The notes: generated by a model not told the origin, from the sequence alone. Positions 1-10,380 are shown, counted from the first letter of the stretch. The stretch is DNA of 64,000 nt from Candidatus Altimarinota bacterium (GCA_041242255.1 JBESAV010000001.1:736001-800000); one strand, 5' to 3'. A program made the numbers and translations.

Positions 1-101
1 TGAAGGTCTGGTTTTGATTTAAGATAACTATTCAAAAGAATCACAACTACAACACTTAGTATAATCTGTAAGAAAATCAGGCCTTGGTGTTTCTTATACA
101 T
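1..101 (-). CDS. 5' part of a putative membrane-anchored or secreted protein, running off the window edge
   Basis: ATG at 101-99 opens MYKKHQGLIFLQIILSVVVVILLNSYLKSKPDL with no stop before position 1: basic N-terminus plus hydrophobic stretch. Not in the ORF track. Confidence 0.5.
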   Translation of the reverse strand, partial: MYKKHQGLIFLQIILSVVVVILLNSYLKSKPDL

Positions 102-191
102 AAACTTGTTTTTCTTTAAAATAATAAGAAACTTTTGTATATAACAACCTTTTTACTTTACGCAAAAGCTTTTTATACTAAAGAAAAAAAT

Positions 192-659
192 ATGAAGATA
201 ATAGGAATTGACCCAGGATTTGGAAGAATTGGGTTTGGAATTATAGAAAAAACCAATCAGGTCTCATACATAACATCAGGAATAATAAGCACACCCAAAC
301 AAGAGAATCTATACAACCGTTTAAATGAAATAGAAAAAGATTTAGATTCAATTTTAAAGAAACACAAACCAAAACTTGCAGTAATTGAAAAGCTATACTT
401 CAATAAAAACACCACCACAGCCATGCAAGTATCTGAAGCTAGAGGAGTCATCTGCAACTTGATCAACAAACACGGAATTCAAATCCAAGAGATCACCCCA
501 ACTCAAATCAAATCAACTCTTACTGGAAACGGACGAGCCACTAAGGGTCAAGTTCAAAAAATGGTTGAAATAAATCTAAAAATACAAAAAATCCAAGCCA
601 TCGACGACGCAATAGATGCACTTGCAGCAGCTCTATCTTTCACACCTATAAACATATAA
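192..659 (+). CDS. ruvC: Holliday junction resolvase RuvC
   Basis: IIGIDPG, AVIEKLYF, EARGVI, TGNGRATKGQV and DDAIDALAAA motifs. ATG at 192 preferred over TTG at 135. Confidence 0.95.
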   Translation: MKIIGIDPGFGRIGFGIIEKTNQVSYITSGIISTPKQENLYNRLNEIEKDLDSILKKHKPKLAVIEKLYFNKNTTTAMQVSEARGVICNLINKHGIQIQEITPTQIKSTLTGNGRATKGQVQKMVEINLKIQKIQAIDDAIDALAAALSFTPINI

Positions 660-661
660 CT

Positions 662-1213
662 ATGAAAAAAATAGCTTTAGTCGGAGGACCTTCGACAGGA
701 AAATCTAGTACATTTAAAGACTTACAAAAGCACTTACCTGATTCAAAATTCCATCCAGAAGCTGCTAGAGAAATAATACAAGAAGATCCATCAATCATTG
801 AAAGACAACAAGATCTTCAGACCAAGATAAACCAAAGGATCATATAGTCTCTCAACGGTGCTGAAGATGGACTAAACTTTTATGATAGAGCCCTTCCTGA
901 CCAAGCAGTTTACGATGTATACAGAGGAGATATAAAAGAAAGCAATTTAGACAAATATTTTTCAGTATATGATCCTTCCTACAAGTACGACTTAACTATT
1001 TTCTTTCCATTCAATCCATCATTCTATGAACTAGATAAAGAAAGACACGAAAACATCGAACAGGCTAAACAAATTAGTCAGATAACTAAGTATATTTACT
1101 CTACATATAAAGATTCTATTACAAAAGATCACTCAGAACTACCCATGACCAGCACAATAGAACAAAGAACAAATACCATTATGTTCTTACTCAAATATTT
1201 GAAACTTATTTAA
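662..1213 (+). pseudogene. NadR/Ttd14-like (AAA_28) P-loop ATPase interrupted by an in-frame TAG at 845-847
   Basis: Walker A GGPSTGKS and PEAAREII come before the TAG. The same frame continues SLNGAEDGLNFYDRALPD...YDLTIFFP...YELDKERHE...IEQR to TAA at 1211-1213. Confidence 0.75.
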
Positions 1214-2191
1214 AAACTCTACACACTCTACTGGATATCTACCAACAGAAGTTTCATTACTAAGCAAAACACCTGTCGCACCTTTAAGCATGGCGTGATA
1301 AATATCTACTGCTTCTGCTCTACTAGGAGTAGGGGAGTCAATCATATTTTTCAAAAAATGAGTCGCTGGAAAAACCTTCAACCCTCTTTTCAAGCTCTTT
1401 TCAACTATCAGATCTTGAGTTTGACCAAGATTCTCTAAACCAATTTCAATTCCAAGGTCACCCCTCGCCACCATAACCATTTCAACTCTATCCAGAATAT
1501 CGTCTAAATTTTTTACAGCCTCAGGCCTTTCTATCTTAGCCATAATTAATGGCTCTACATCAACCACATTCTCGGCAACGAACTCTTTCAACTCCTCAAT
1601 ACAATGCTTAGACCTTACAAAAGATAACGAGATAACATCAACCCCCATTTCCAAACCAAACTTTATATCTTTCTTATCTTTCTCAGTGACAGGAGGAAGA
1701 GAGATATTTGTATTTGGTAGATTGATTCCTTTATTTGATTTTAAAACCCATTCATTCAAGGCTCTACACTTAACCATACCATCATCGAAACCAATAACCT
1801 CAAACTGCAACTGACCATCATCTACAAAAACTTTCTCACCAACCTCAAGATCATCAACAAAACCACTATACTGAACAGGAATAACTCTAACAGGAGCATT
1901 AATACTTTCATCAATGTCCACACTGAAGTAAACCTCCTCATCTTTCTCGATATTTAAGGAAGCAGGTGTGATTTCTCCAACCCTTATCTTAGGTCCTTGC
2001 AAGTCTTGTAATATCTTAATCTCTAAATTCAACTCTTCATTCAAGGCTCTTACATCTTCTATAACCCTTTTATATTCTGCATGACTACCATGCGAAAAGT
2101 TCAACCTTACATAATCCATTCCAGCCATTGCCATTTTTTTCAAAACTTTCTTATCATAAGACGCAGGTCCGATTGAACAAATAACTTCCAT
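1187..2191 (-). CDS. pyk: Pyruvate kinase, short form lacking the C-terminal domain
   Basis: ICSIGPAS, RLNFSHGSH, LQDLQGPKIR, MAKIE, MVARGDLG and LLSNETSVGRYPVECV motifs. The protein ends at 334 aa. Confidence 0.93.
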   Translation of the reverse strand: MEVICSIGPASYDKKVLKKMAMAGMDYVRLNFSHGSHAEYKRVIEDVRALNEELNLEIKILQDLQGPKIRVGEITPASLNIEKDEEVYFSVDIDESINAPVRVIPVQYSGFVDDLEVGEKVFVDDGQLQFEVIGFDDGMVKCRALNEWVLKSNKGINLPNTNISLPPVTEKDKKDIKFGLEMGVDVISLSFVRSKHCIEELKEFVAENVVDVEPLIMAKIERPEAVKNLDDILDRVEMVMVARGDLGIEIGLENLGQTQDLIVEKSLKRGLKVFPATHFLKNMIDSPTPSRAEAVDIYHAMLKGATGVLLSNETSVGRYPVECVEFLNKFQIFE

Positions 2192-2275
2192 ATCTAAAAT
2201 TAAACTCTATTTATTATAGCATTTTAATGGCATTTAATCTATATTCTTGACACAAACAAATATAACCACTTAAAA

Positions 2276-3955
2276 ATGTCTCAATTTCATGTTGATCCAG
2301 AAGCTGTAATCGTAGAAAGAAGAAAAAAAGAAGGTCAATTCAACTTGAAATCAAAAGACAAACATTGGGGAGAAGTAATAGCTGAAAAACTTATTGAAAC
2401 AACCCCAAACCCAAAAGATGGAGTCTACACATGCGCAGCTGGTATCACACCTTCAGGTATGGTTCACTTTGGAAATTTTCGCGAAATAATGACCAACTGG
2501 CCCGTTGTAGAAGCTCTTAAAGCTAGAGGTAAAAAAGCCAGACTAATTTTCTCATGGGATGACTATGATAGATTTAGAAAAGTACCAACCAATGTACCTG
2601 AAAACTACTCTCAATACCTTGGACTTCCAGTAAGCCAAATCCCATCTCCAGAAAATCCTAATGAAACCTACGCGGAACATTTCAAAAAAGCACTTGAAGA
2701 TGTTATCCAAAAAATGGGAATCAAAATTGAGTTCAAACACCAAGGAAAACTTTATCCAACTGGGCAATACGCAGATTTGATCTCTAAAGCCCTCAACCAA
2801 AAAGATAAAATCGCAGATATCCTTTGGGCATTTATGTCTGAGAAGTCACAAGCTCAAAAAGGTTCTCTAGATGAATACAAATCTAACTTCTGGCCAGGAA
2901 CAATCTATTCATCATTTACTGGAAAAGATAACACTGAAATACTCGAATTCGATGGGGAATACAGTCTCACCTACAAATGCTTAGACACGGAAAAAACTGA
3001 AACAATAGACATCAGAAAACAGTCCCAATTAAAACTAGGTTGGAAAATCGACTGGCCAATGCGTTGGGCTTTCGAAGGAGTAAATTTTGAACCAGGAGGA
3101 AAAGATCATTCAACTTACGGTGGTAGTTATGATGTAGCCTCAGTTATTGCTCGTGAGATTTTCGAAATCGAACCACCATTCTACCAAGCTTACGGATTCA
3201 TTAACATAAAAGGAAATGAAGGTAAGATGTCATCCTCTAAAGGAAATGCCCTAACTCCATCAGAATTACTTGAAGTATACGAACTCCCAATCCTTAAATG
3301 GGTATACACAAGAAGCATGCCAAAGAAAGAATTTGATTTAGCTTTTGACTCAGACCTTATTCGCTTATATGACGAATACGACAGAACAGTCGCAAAAATA
3401 GACAAAATAGATCAATCCAAAGCCAATGGATTACGTTTAGCAATTCAAGGAATAAACCAAGACAGACTTGAAAACCCTGCTTCATTTAGACAATTAACAG
3501 GGTGGGCTCAAATCGTAGACTGGGACGAACAAAAACTCACCAAACTATTCCAAGAACAAGAACTAAATTACAATCAAGAATCAATCCACTTAAGATTAGA
3601 AAATGCAAAAAATTGGATGGAACAATACAATCAAGACGAACTACTAGAGTTATTACAAGAACCAAACCAAGAATATATTTCCCAAATGAGCCAAGAACGC
3701 AAACAAAGAGTCAACGAAATGAAAACCTTCTTAAAAGAAAACCAAGATCTAAAAATCGATGATATTAATCACAAAATGTACGAAATACCAAAAGATGGAA
3801 AAGAGAACATAGAGTTAGAAGAAAAAAAATCACGTCAAAAAGACTTTTTCCAAGATATTTACATGCTACTACTAAACCAAGAGAGGGGACCAAGACTGTC
3901 CACATTTCTATGGGCATTAGATAGAGAGCAGGTCATAAAACTTCTAAGTGTTTAA
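2276..3955 (+). CDS. lysS: Lysine--tRNA ligase, class I
   Basis: AAGITPSGMVHFGNFRE, KLGWKIDWPMRW, FEPGGKDH, KMSSSKGN and RGPRL motifs of class I LysRS. Confidence 0.95.
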   Translation: MSQFHVDPEAVIVERRKKEGQFNLKSKDKHWGEVIAEKLIETTPNPKDGVYTCAAGITPSGMVHFGNFREIMTNWPVVEALKARGKKARLIFSWDDYDRFRKVPTNVPENYSQYLGLPVSQIPSPENPNETYAEHFKKALEDVIQKMGIKIEFKHQGKLYPTGQYADLISKALNQKDKIADILWAFMSEKSQAQKGSLDEYKSNFWPGTIYSSFTGKDNTEILEFDGEYSLTYKCLDTEKTETIDIRKQSQLKLGWKIDWPMRWAFEGVNFEPGGKDHSTYGGSYDVASVIAREIFEIEPPFYQAYGFINIKGNEGKMSSSKGNALTPSELLEVYELPILKWVYTRSMPKKEFDLAFDSDLIRLYDEYDRTVAKIDKIDQSKANGLRLAIQGINQDRLENPASFRQLTGWAQIVDWDEQKLTKLFQEQELNYNQESIHLRLENAKNWMEQYNQDELLELLQEPNQEYISQMSQERKQRVNEMKTFLKENQDLKIDDINHKMYEIPKDGKENIELEEKKSRQKDFFQDIYMLLLNQERGPRLSTFLWALDREQVIKLLSV

Positions 3956-3956
3956 A

Positions 3957-3985
3957 ATAAAAGACCTCGCAAAGAGGTCTTTTTT
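3957..3985. terminator. Bidirectional intrinsic terminator between lysS and glmS
   Basis: AAGACCTC-gcaaa-GAGGTCTT hairpin with an A-tract on one side and a T-tract on the other. Confidence 0.8.
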
Positions 3986-5767
3986 CTATTTTACGGTCAC
4001 ACTTTTAGCCAGATTCCTCGGCTTATCAGGATTATTACCTCTTAATAAACCTAAGTGATAAGAAAGGATTTGAATCGGAATCAAATTAACAATCGGAGAA
4101 GTCAAACCGTTTTCATCAACTTGAGGGACATTAATCCAATGATCAAAAATTGGGTTATTTTTTGGAGAAACCCCAATCACATAACCACCACGTGTTTTCA
4201 CCTCAGTTGCATTCGAAATAATATCTTCATAATTCTCATCATCCGGAGCAAAAACAATTACTGGAACATTATCAGATATCAGAGCCAAAGGACCATGTTT
4301 TAACTCCCCACCTGCAAAACCTTCAGCATGTATATAACTAACCTCTTGTAATTTAATTGCTGATTCTAAGGCAATTGGATAATTTATTCCTTTACCGATT
4401 ATATACATACTCTCATTTTCATATATTGATTCAGCCAAAGACCTTAACCTATCTTCATACCTAGGATTTAACATATCATTTATCTCACCACATGTATCCA
4501 CTAGCAACCTCTTACCCTCATCAATTTTTCCAGCAGCTGCAAAAGCCAATAGCAAAATAATAGCCAACTGTGCAGTTGTAGCTTTAGTCGAAGCCACTGC
4601 TTTTTCCGGACCAACCTTAATATGCAAAGTATAATCAGTCATACGATCAATTGTTGACTCTTTTACATTCAAAATAGACGCAGTTCGCGAACCCTTCTTT
4701 TGTGCTATTTCCAAAGCCTCAATCGTATCTGCCGTCTCTCCACTCTGACTTATTGCGATAACTAAACTTTCATCCTGAAGATAATGCCTACAATGTTTAA
4801 ACTCAGAACCAAATTCAAAATTTATATGCTTTTTAGCAATCTCCGAAAATATATAAGTCCCTGCCAAACCAACCTTTCCCGCGGTTCCACAGCCTACAAA
4901 ATACGTACCAAATGCATTTTTAATCAACTCAGCTATTTCCAAGATCTCATCATCATCTTGATTAATACTTCTACTAATCGAATCTTTCTGCTCCATGATC
5001 TCCTTAATCATAAAATGAGGATAATCTCCCAACTGACTCTCTACTGGATCCAAATCAACTTCTATCAATCTTTTCTCAACCTTTTCTAAAGTAACCAAAT
5101 CATAGAAAACAACTTCATCCTCCCTCAAAACAGCCATTTCCCCATCATCCAAGTACAACACTTCATTTGTATACTCCAAAAAAGCAGGTATATCAGAGGC
5201 AATATACTTTGCTTCATTAGATACACCAATTATGAGTGGCGCTCCTCCTCGCACTGCAATTATCTCCTCCTCTCCCTCTCTTAAAACTAAAAATGCATAA
5301 CGACCTTTCAACCTTCCATCAACTTTTTTAATAGCTTCCAATAAACCCAAACTATTTAAATAATAATCTAAAAGATGAACTATTACCTCAGTATCAGTCT
5401 CAGAAACAAATTCATAACCATAACCCACCAGCTCATCTTTTAAATCTAAATAATTATCAACAATACCATTGTGAACTACATAAAGCTTCTCATCTCTGGA
5501 GTAATGAGGATGAGTATTAACTTTGTTAACTTTTCCATGTGTGGCCCATCTCGAGTGCCCAACACCTACTTTCCCTTCAAAAGTTTTTATTAAACCAAAA
5601 TCAAATTCACTAATCGCACCAACTTCCTTGTGGATATTCACTTCTCCTTGTTCAGACAATATAGCCACTCCCCATGAATCATATCCTCTATACTCTAATG
5701 ACTCCAAACCCTTAAAGGTAACTTCAACAGCATTATCATTACCCACAAATCCAAATATACCGCACAT
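3986..5767 (-). CDS. glmS: Glutamine--fructose-6-phosphate aminotransferase
   Basis: N-terminal MCGIFG, EYRGYDSWG, GHSRWATHG, SQSGETADT, VASTKA and C-terminal PRNLAKSVTV. Confidence 0.98.
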   Translation of the reverse strand: MCGIFGFVGNDNAVEVTFKGLESLEYRGYDSWGVAILSEQGEVNIHKEVGAISEFDFGLIKTFEGKVGVGHSRWATHGKVNKVNTHPHYSRDEKLYVVHNGIVDNYLDLKDELVGYGYEFVSETDTEVIVHLLDYYLNSLGLLEAIKKVDGRLKGRYAFLVLREGEEEIIAVRGGAPLIIGVSNEAKYIASDIPAFLEYTNEVLYLDDGEMAVLREDEVVFYDLVTLEKVEKRLIEVDLDPVESQLGDYPHFMIKEIMEQKDSISRSINQDDDEILEIAELIKNAFGTYFVGCGTAGKVGLAGTYIFSEIAKKHINFEFGSEFKHCRHYLQDESLVIAISQSGETADTIEALEIAQKKGSRTASILNVKESTIDRMTDYTLHIKVGPEKAVASTKATTAQLAIILLLAFAAAGKIDEGKRLLVDTCGEINDMLNPRYEDRLRSLAESIYENESMYIIGKGINYPIALESAIKLQEVSYIHAEGFAGGELKHGPLALISDNVPVIVFAPDDENYEDIISNATEVKTRGGYVIGVSPKNNPIFDHWINVPQVDENGLTSPIVNLIPIQILSYHLGLLRGNNPDKPRNLAKSVTVK

Positions 5768-5922
5768 AATAAAAATTTAAGATAAGATAATTATAAGATA
5801 TCATCCCTCTTAAAAAAACTTGCAAATGACACACGACGAGCAAACCATCAGCTTTCTTGACAAATAAGCTATTGCTATATCTTGAAAAATTATGCATATT
5901 ATGTGCTGATTAATATTTCAAA

Positions 5923-7272
5923 ATGTTTTGTGACGAAGTAACATTCAGAGCGATCGCCGGTCAAGGCGGAAATGGAGTTGTTAGCTTCAGAAGAATGGCA
6001 TACCTACCAAAAGGTGGACCTGATGGTGGTGATGGTGGTAAAGGAGGAGATATCATCCTCAAAGCAAACCCAAACCTAAACACTCTTTTCGATTACAAAG
6101 CACAAAATGAATTTCATGCAGAAAACGGCGTCTCTGGTGGGAAAAATGACAGAAGGGGTAGAGGTGGAGAAGACCTCATCTTAGAAGTTCCTGTTGGTAC
6201 AAAAGTATTCGACAACGAAACTCAAGACTTAATTTTTGATATCAACCAACCAAACTCTTCATACGTAATTGTAAAGGGGGGTAGAGGTGGTTATGGAAAC
6301 GCACATTTCGTATCAAGCACTAGACAAGCACCTCGTTTTGCTGAACTGGGAGAACCAGGTGAAGAAAAAGAACTCAGACTTGAGTTAAATCTAGTTGCAG
6401 ATGTAGGAATTATTGGGTTCCCTTCAGCTGGAAAATCCACACTAATCTCAGTGATATCAAATGCAAAACCAAAAATTGCAGCCTACCACTTTACAACTCT
6501 CGTTCCAAACCTAGGTGTAGTTACACTAGATAAATTCGGAGGAAACAAGAAACAAAACTTTGTAGTAGCCGACATACCAGGATTGATCGAAGGAGCTTCA
6601 GAAGGAAAAGGACTAGGTATTAGTTTCTTAAAACACATAAAAAGAACTGCTGGATTAATTCACCTAATAGACATAACCGATCCAGATTTCATTTCAAAAT
6701 ACAAAAAAATAAACTTAGAACTAAATAGATTCGATAAAGAATTAGCACAAAGAAAACAATTCATAGTTTTGAACAAAATCGACTCAATAACAGAAGAAGA
6801 CACAAAAGTAGCTATAGATCTACTTCAAGATGAATACCCTGAAATTGAAAAAGTTTATGCTATTTCAGCAGTAAGTCACACTGGTTTAAAAGAGCTAGTA
6901 ATAGATGTTTACAACTGGATACAAGACAATAAAGAACAAATCCATGAAGAATTCTTTGAAACTGAAGAAGCCGACCACAAGGTTTATTCTCCACATCTAG
7001 AAGATCCAAAACGAAACTTAATATCAACCGAAGGAACTATCACCAAAAGGGACAGATATACTGACGAAGAATATGAGGCTAAAATATTTAGAGTGTCAGG
7101 AACAAGAATCGAGCAAATCGCAATAATGACAGACTTCACAAATCATGAAGCTGTTAACAGAATCTTTGATGTTTTCAAAAAAATGGGAATAGACAAGATG
7201 CTAAAAGCTAATGGAGCTAAACCAGGAGATGTAGTAAAAATAGGTAAAACAGAAGTAATCTTTAGAGGATAA
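5923..7272 (+). CDS. obgE: GTPase ObgE/CgtA with C-terminal OCT (DUF1967-type) domain
   Basis: Gly-rich OBG fold GGPDGGDGGKGG, then GFPSAGKST, YHFTTLVPNLG, DIPGLIEGA and NKID. Confidence 0.97.
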   Translation: MFCDEVTFRAIAGQGGNGVVSFRRMAYLPKGGPDGGDGGKGGDIILKANPNLNTLFDYKAQNEFHAENGVSGGKNDRRGRGGEDLILEVPVGTKVFDNETQDLIFDINQPNSSYVIVKGGRGGYGNAHFVSSTRQAPRFAELGEPGEEKELRLELNLVADVGIIGFPSAGKSTLISVISNAKPKIAAYHFTTLVPNLGVVTLDKFGGNKKQNFVVADIPGLIEGASEGKGLGISFLKHIKRTAGLIHLIDITDPDFISKYKKINLELNRFDKELAQRKQFIVLNKIDSITEEDTKVAIDLLQDEYPEIEKVYAISAVSHTGLKELVIDVYNWIQDNKEQIHEEFFETEEADHKVYSPHLEDPKRNLISTEGTITKRDRYTDEEYEAKIFRVSGTRIEQIAIMTDFTNHEAVNRIFDVFKKMGIDKMLKANGAKPGDVVKIGKTEVIFRG

Positions 7273-7802
7273 TGACAGAGTTAAAAACCCTCGATGAGCT
7301 ACTTCAGCCAGCAAACAGGCGGTACCAAAGACCTAAAACTCAGCTTACTACGTTGGCTGCTCTTCTAGTTTTTTCAGGTACTATATTCTACCTCAATCAT
7401 CTCTTTCAAAGACTTGAAACAAACTCTAAAGATACTGAGGTAATTAAACAGATCCAACTAATCCAATCACTACAATTACAAACATGTCAAAAAACAGAGC
7501 ATGAGATTAACTGCGAAACTCATACAGTCATCCCTCAGTCAGAACCAAACCAAAGAACATCCCTTTCGATCTTAGATGCAAATCAAAACCTACAAACCAC
7601 CTTCCATTGGCAATACCATCAATCCAATAAATTCCTTATAGAAATCAACAAACCCAAACAGTATTTTTGGTGTACAATCGACAATCAGTCTTTAATTTGT
7701 CATAATCAAAACAAGCAAAAATCAATCCAGAAATTCTCTCTTGAAAACCACACATCCTCACTCTTAAATATTCCACATGAAAGTAATAATCGGACTAGGT
7801 AA
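7272..7802 (+). CDS. Hypothetical single-pass membrane protein
   Basis: One hydrophobic segment (LAALLVFSGTIFYL) and Cys pairs. Start is coupled to the obgE stop (TAATG). Confidence 0.6.
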   Translation: MTELKTLDELLQPANRRYQRPKTQLTTLAALLVFSGTIFYLNHLFQRLETNSKDTEVIKQIQLIQSLQLQTCQKTEHEINCETHTVIPQSEPNQRTSLSILDANQNLQTTFHWQYHQSNKFLIEINKPKQYFWCTIDNQSLICHNQNKQKSIQKFSLENHTSSLLNIPHESNNRTR

Positions 7803-8301
7803 TCCAGGCAAGAAATACTTAACAACTAGACACAACATAGGTTTTTTATTTTTAGACTGGCTTGCACAAACACAATATTCTGAGAAAAACTTCTCAAACA
7901 ATAAAAAACTTCAAGCAGAAACACTTGAACTAAACGACAACAACCAAAAGATCATCTTAGCAAAACCTACAACTTTCATGAATCTTTCAGGAGATTGTTT
8001 TTCCAAAATCAAAAACTACTATGATTTAGAAAACAAAGACTTTCTTATAGTTTACGACGATATAGACATAGACTTTGGAGACTCTCGATTTAGAGAAAAG
8101 GGCAGCGGAGGTACTCACAATGGTATGCGCTCAATCCTAAAACACTCTGATTCCAACGACATACCAAGACTCAGATTAGGGGTAAATAACACACATAGAC
8201 AGCATCAAGAATTATCAGATTTTGTTCTATCAAATTTCTCTAAAGATGAATTGAAACAGCTTTCAGAAATATTTTTAGAAGCATACAAAAAGCTGATTTA
8301 G
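7777..8301 (+). CDS. pth: Peptidyl-tRNA hydrolase
   Basis: IIGLGNPG, TRHNIGF, KPTTFMNLSG and GSGGTHNG motifs. Confidence 0.97.
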   Translation: MKVIIGLGNPGKKYLTTRHNIGFLFLDWLAQTQYSEKNFSNNKKLQAETLELNDNNQKIILAKPTTFMNLSGDCFSKIKNYYDLENKDFLIVYDDIDIDFGDSRFREKGSGGTHNGMRSILKHSDSNDIPRLRLGVNNTHRQHQELSDFVLSNFSKDELKQLSEIFLEAYKKLI

Positions 8302-8371
8302 GTAATTTTAATTTGCCTTATTTAAAAGGATTATGTATATTCCCCATGCTAGTAATTAATTACATCTTAAC

Positions 8372-8686
8372 ATGTTTGCAGTAATAGAATTCGCAGGACA
8401 CCAATACAAAGTTCAAGAAGGTGACAAATTCTCAGTAAACAGACTTTCTGAAAAAGAAGGATCTAAAATCACTGTAGAAAACGTACTTATGACTTTTGAC
8501 GCTGACGGAAAAGACGCAAAAGTTGGAAAACCAACAGTATCTGGAGCTAAAGTAGAACTTAAAGTTCTAGAGCACAAAAAAGAAGCAAAGAAAAGAGTCT
8601 TCAAAATGAAACCAAAGAAAAGATATAGAAGAAACAAAAGCTTCAGACCATCAGTTTCAGTAGTAGAAGTTGTAAAAGTATCTTAA
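8372..8686 (+). CDS. rplU: 50S ribosomal protein L21
   Basis: MFAVIEFAGHQYKVQEGD, VGKPTVSGAKV and a basic C-terminus. Confidence 0.95.
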   Translation: MFAVIEFAGHQYKVQEGDKFSVNRLSEKEGSKITVENVLMTFDADGKDAKVGKPTVSGAKVELKVLEHKKEAKKRVFKMKPKKRYRRNKSFRPSVSVVEVVKVS

Positions 8687-8704
8687 GCCCTACAACCAAA
8701 ATAT

Positions 8705-8734
8705 AAAACCTACCCTAAAGTAGGTTTTTATTTT
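8705..8734 (+). terminator. Intrinsic terminator after rplU
   Basis: AAAACCTAC-cctaaa-GTAGGTTTT followed by a T-rich tract. Confidence 0.7.
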
Positions 8735-8750
8735 ATTATAATAAAAAACT

Positions 8751-9500
8751 ATGCAAAAACTATACCAATCAGAACAAGCCTGCCAAACATTCACCGATAG
8801 ACAAAATAATGCAACACATGCATCTATAAGCAAAATAATTGCTAAAGCAATTCAACAAAACAAAGGTGATTTCAATCAAATACTAAACTTAAGCGGAAGA
8901 GGAAACCCACAATTTTTCAGTGAAATACTTTCACAATTTGATGAAACAATATGGCTAACACCAAGCCAAGCAATGGCTAACCTTGCCAACAAAAACAAAC
9001 AAGAAGATTCTAATCTCAAAATAGAAATTGGCAATCCGATAAGCTATCTTTCAACACTACCAGATGAGTCTCTTCAAGTCGTTTTTATGAAATACACTAT
9101 TGCAGAAATCCAAGACATAGATTCATTTTTCGGACTACTTTCAAAAAAGTTAGTAAAAGGCGGGAAATTTATAGCTAACCTATCTGACAGAAATAATATA
9201 CCAAGACATAGTAGCAATGGATCATTTTTTGTTAATAACGAACTTGTTAACGAAGATGGTCTAGCTCTAGAAAATGGTCAAAAATATACAGTAAAATTTC
9301 TAAAAGAGTATAAAAATCCATCATCAGGATACATACCTGAAGCAGAACTAAACTTCTACTACCACAACTACGAAACAATAAAAGAAAGTATTCAGAACGC
9401 TGACCTACAAATTTCTTTCTTTGGAAACTACCAGGATTTATTCACTGTAGATTTAGAAGCACAAGTTGAAACAGATTTATTAATTCTTACAAAAGACTAG
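8751..9500 (+). CDS. Class I SAM-methyltransferase-fold protein with degenerate motif I
   Basis: ILNLSGRGN sits where LDLGCGxG is expected. LTPSQAM, LPDESLQVVF and KKLVKGGKFI follow the MTase pattern. Confidence 0.55.
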   Translation: MQKLYQSEQACQTFTDRQNNATHASISKIIAKAIQQNKGDFNQILNLSGRGNPQFFSEILSQFDETIWLTPSQAMANLANKNKQEDSNLKIEIGNPISYLSTLPDESLQVVFMKYTIAEIQDIDSFFGLLSKKLVKGGKFIANLSDRNNIPRHSSNGSFFVNNELVNEDGLALENGQKYTVKFLKEYKNPSSGYIPEAELNFYYHNYETIKESIQNADLQISFFGNYQDLFTVDLEAQVETDLLILTKD

Positions 9501-10380
9501 AAACATCTACTCTCTTTGCGCCAACCTCTTTAGTCATATCCCTATTCCAAAAGCTCATACCTTCAATCTCAGAAGCTGACAAAAAATCAGTTTTTTCTGG
9601 ATTTTCATACAACACACCCATAGCAACATCTATATCCATATCTTCAACAATCTTTCGCGCTTGCCAGATATCATTACAATCGTAATCTTTCATATCAATC
9701 ACATCCGTAAACCTCTGCTCATACCACTCGTCTGGTGTCTCTTTATTGTAAGTAGGACAAGCTTGCATAACCTCTACAAATGCAAAACCATTATGGTTCA
9801 TAGCTTTTCTAAAAATATCAGTCATATGCTCAACTCTACCGGAATAAGTTCTAGCTACAAAAGAAGGTTTTAAGCTCAATACGAACTGACATACATTAAG
9901 CTCATCAACAACAGTTCCATAAGGGCTAGCATTCCTCTCAATACCTTTTCTTGTTGTTGCAGAGGCTTGCCCGGTTGTTAGCCCATAATTTTCATTATTA
10001 TGCAAAATAAACATAATCGGATAATCATTTCTAACAGCATGAACCAAATGATTTACACCTTCACTCATGGTAGCACCATCACCTGCAGAAGCAATAACTT
10101 TAACTCTTGGATTAGCAGTCTTTACACCTGCGGCCAATGGAAGAACCCTTCCATGTAAACCATGAACAGTAAACATATCAACTTTATCAGATCCGTTACC
10201 ATTACACCCAACATCATAACACAAAATAACATCTTCAAGCCCCAAATCTTCCAAAACAATTGCTCTATTCAAAGCATTTTGAATACCATAATTACCGCAA
10301 TTACTGCACCAAGTTGTTTTCCATTCAACTCCTAAGTCACATATCTTATCAGCACAACTTAATAACTTTTTATTTACCAT
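9487..10380 (-). CDS. 2-oxoacid:ferredoxin/flavodoxin oxidoreductase beta subunit (TPP-binding)
   Basis: TWCSNCG, DVGC, HGLHGRVLP, AGDG...NNENYGLTTGQASAT and VMQACPTYN motifs. Confidence 0.93.
   Translation of the reverse strand: MVNKKLLSCADKICDLGVEWKTTWCSNCGNYGIQNALNRAIVLEDLGLEDVILCYDVGCNGNGSDKVDMFTVHGLHGRVLPLAAGVKTANPRVKVIASAGDGATMSEGVNHLVHAVRNDYPIMFILHNNENYGLTTGQASATTRKGIERNASPYGTVVDELNVCQFVLSLKPSFVARTYSGRVEHMTDIFRKAMNHNGFAFVEVMQACPTYNKETPDEWYEQRFTDVIDMKDYDCNDIWQARKIVEDMDIDVAMGVLYENPEKTDFLSASEIEGMSFWNRDMTKEVGAKRVDVSSLL

Noticed and set aside
1-101. Type IV prepilin cleavage site (QG/LIFLQ)
   Set aside because: It lacks the usual Phe+1 and Glu+5, and the gene is cut by the window edge.
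5768-5922. glmS ribozyme upstream of glmS
   Set aside because: The GACGAG-like word is on the wrong strand, there is no AGCGCC core, and the leader is short and AT-rich.
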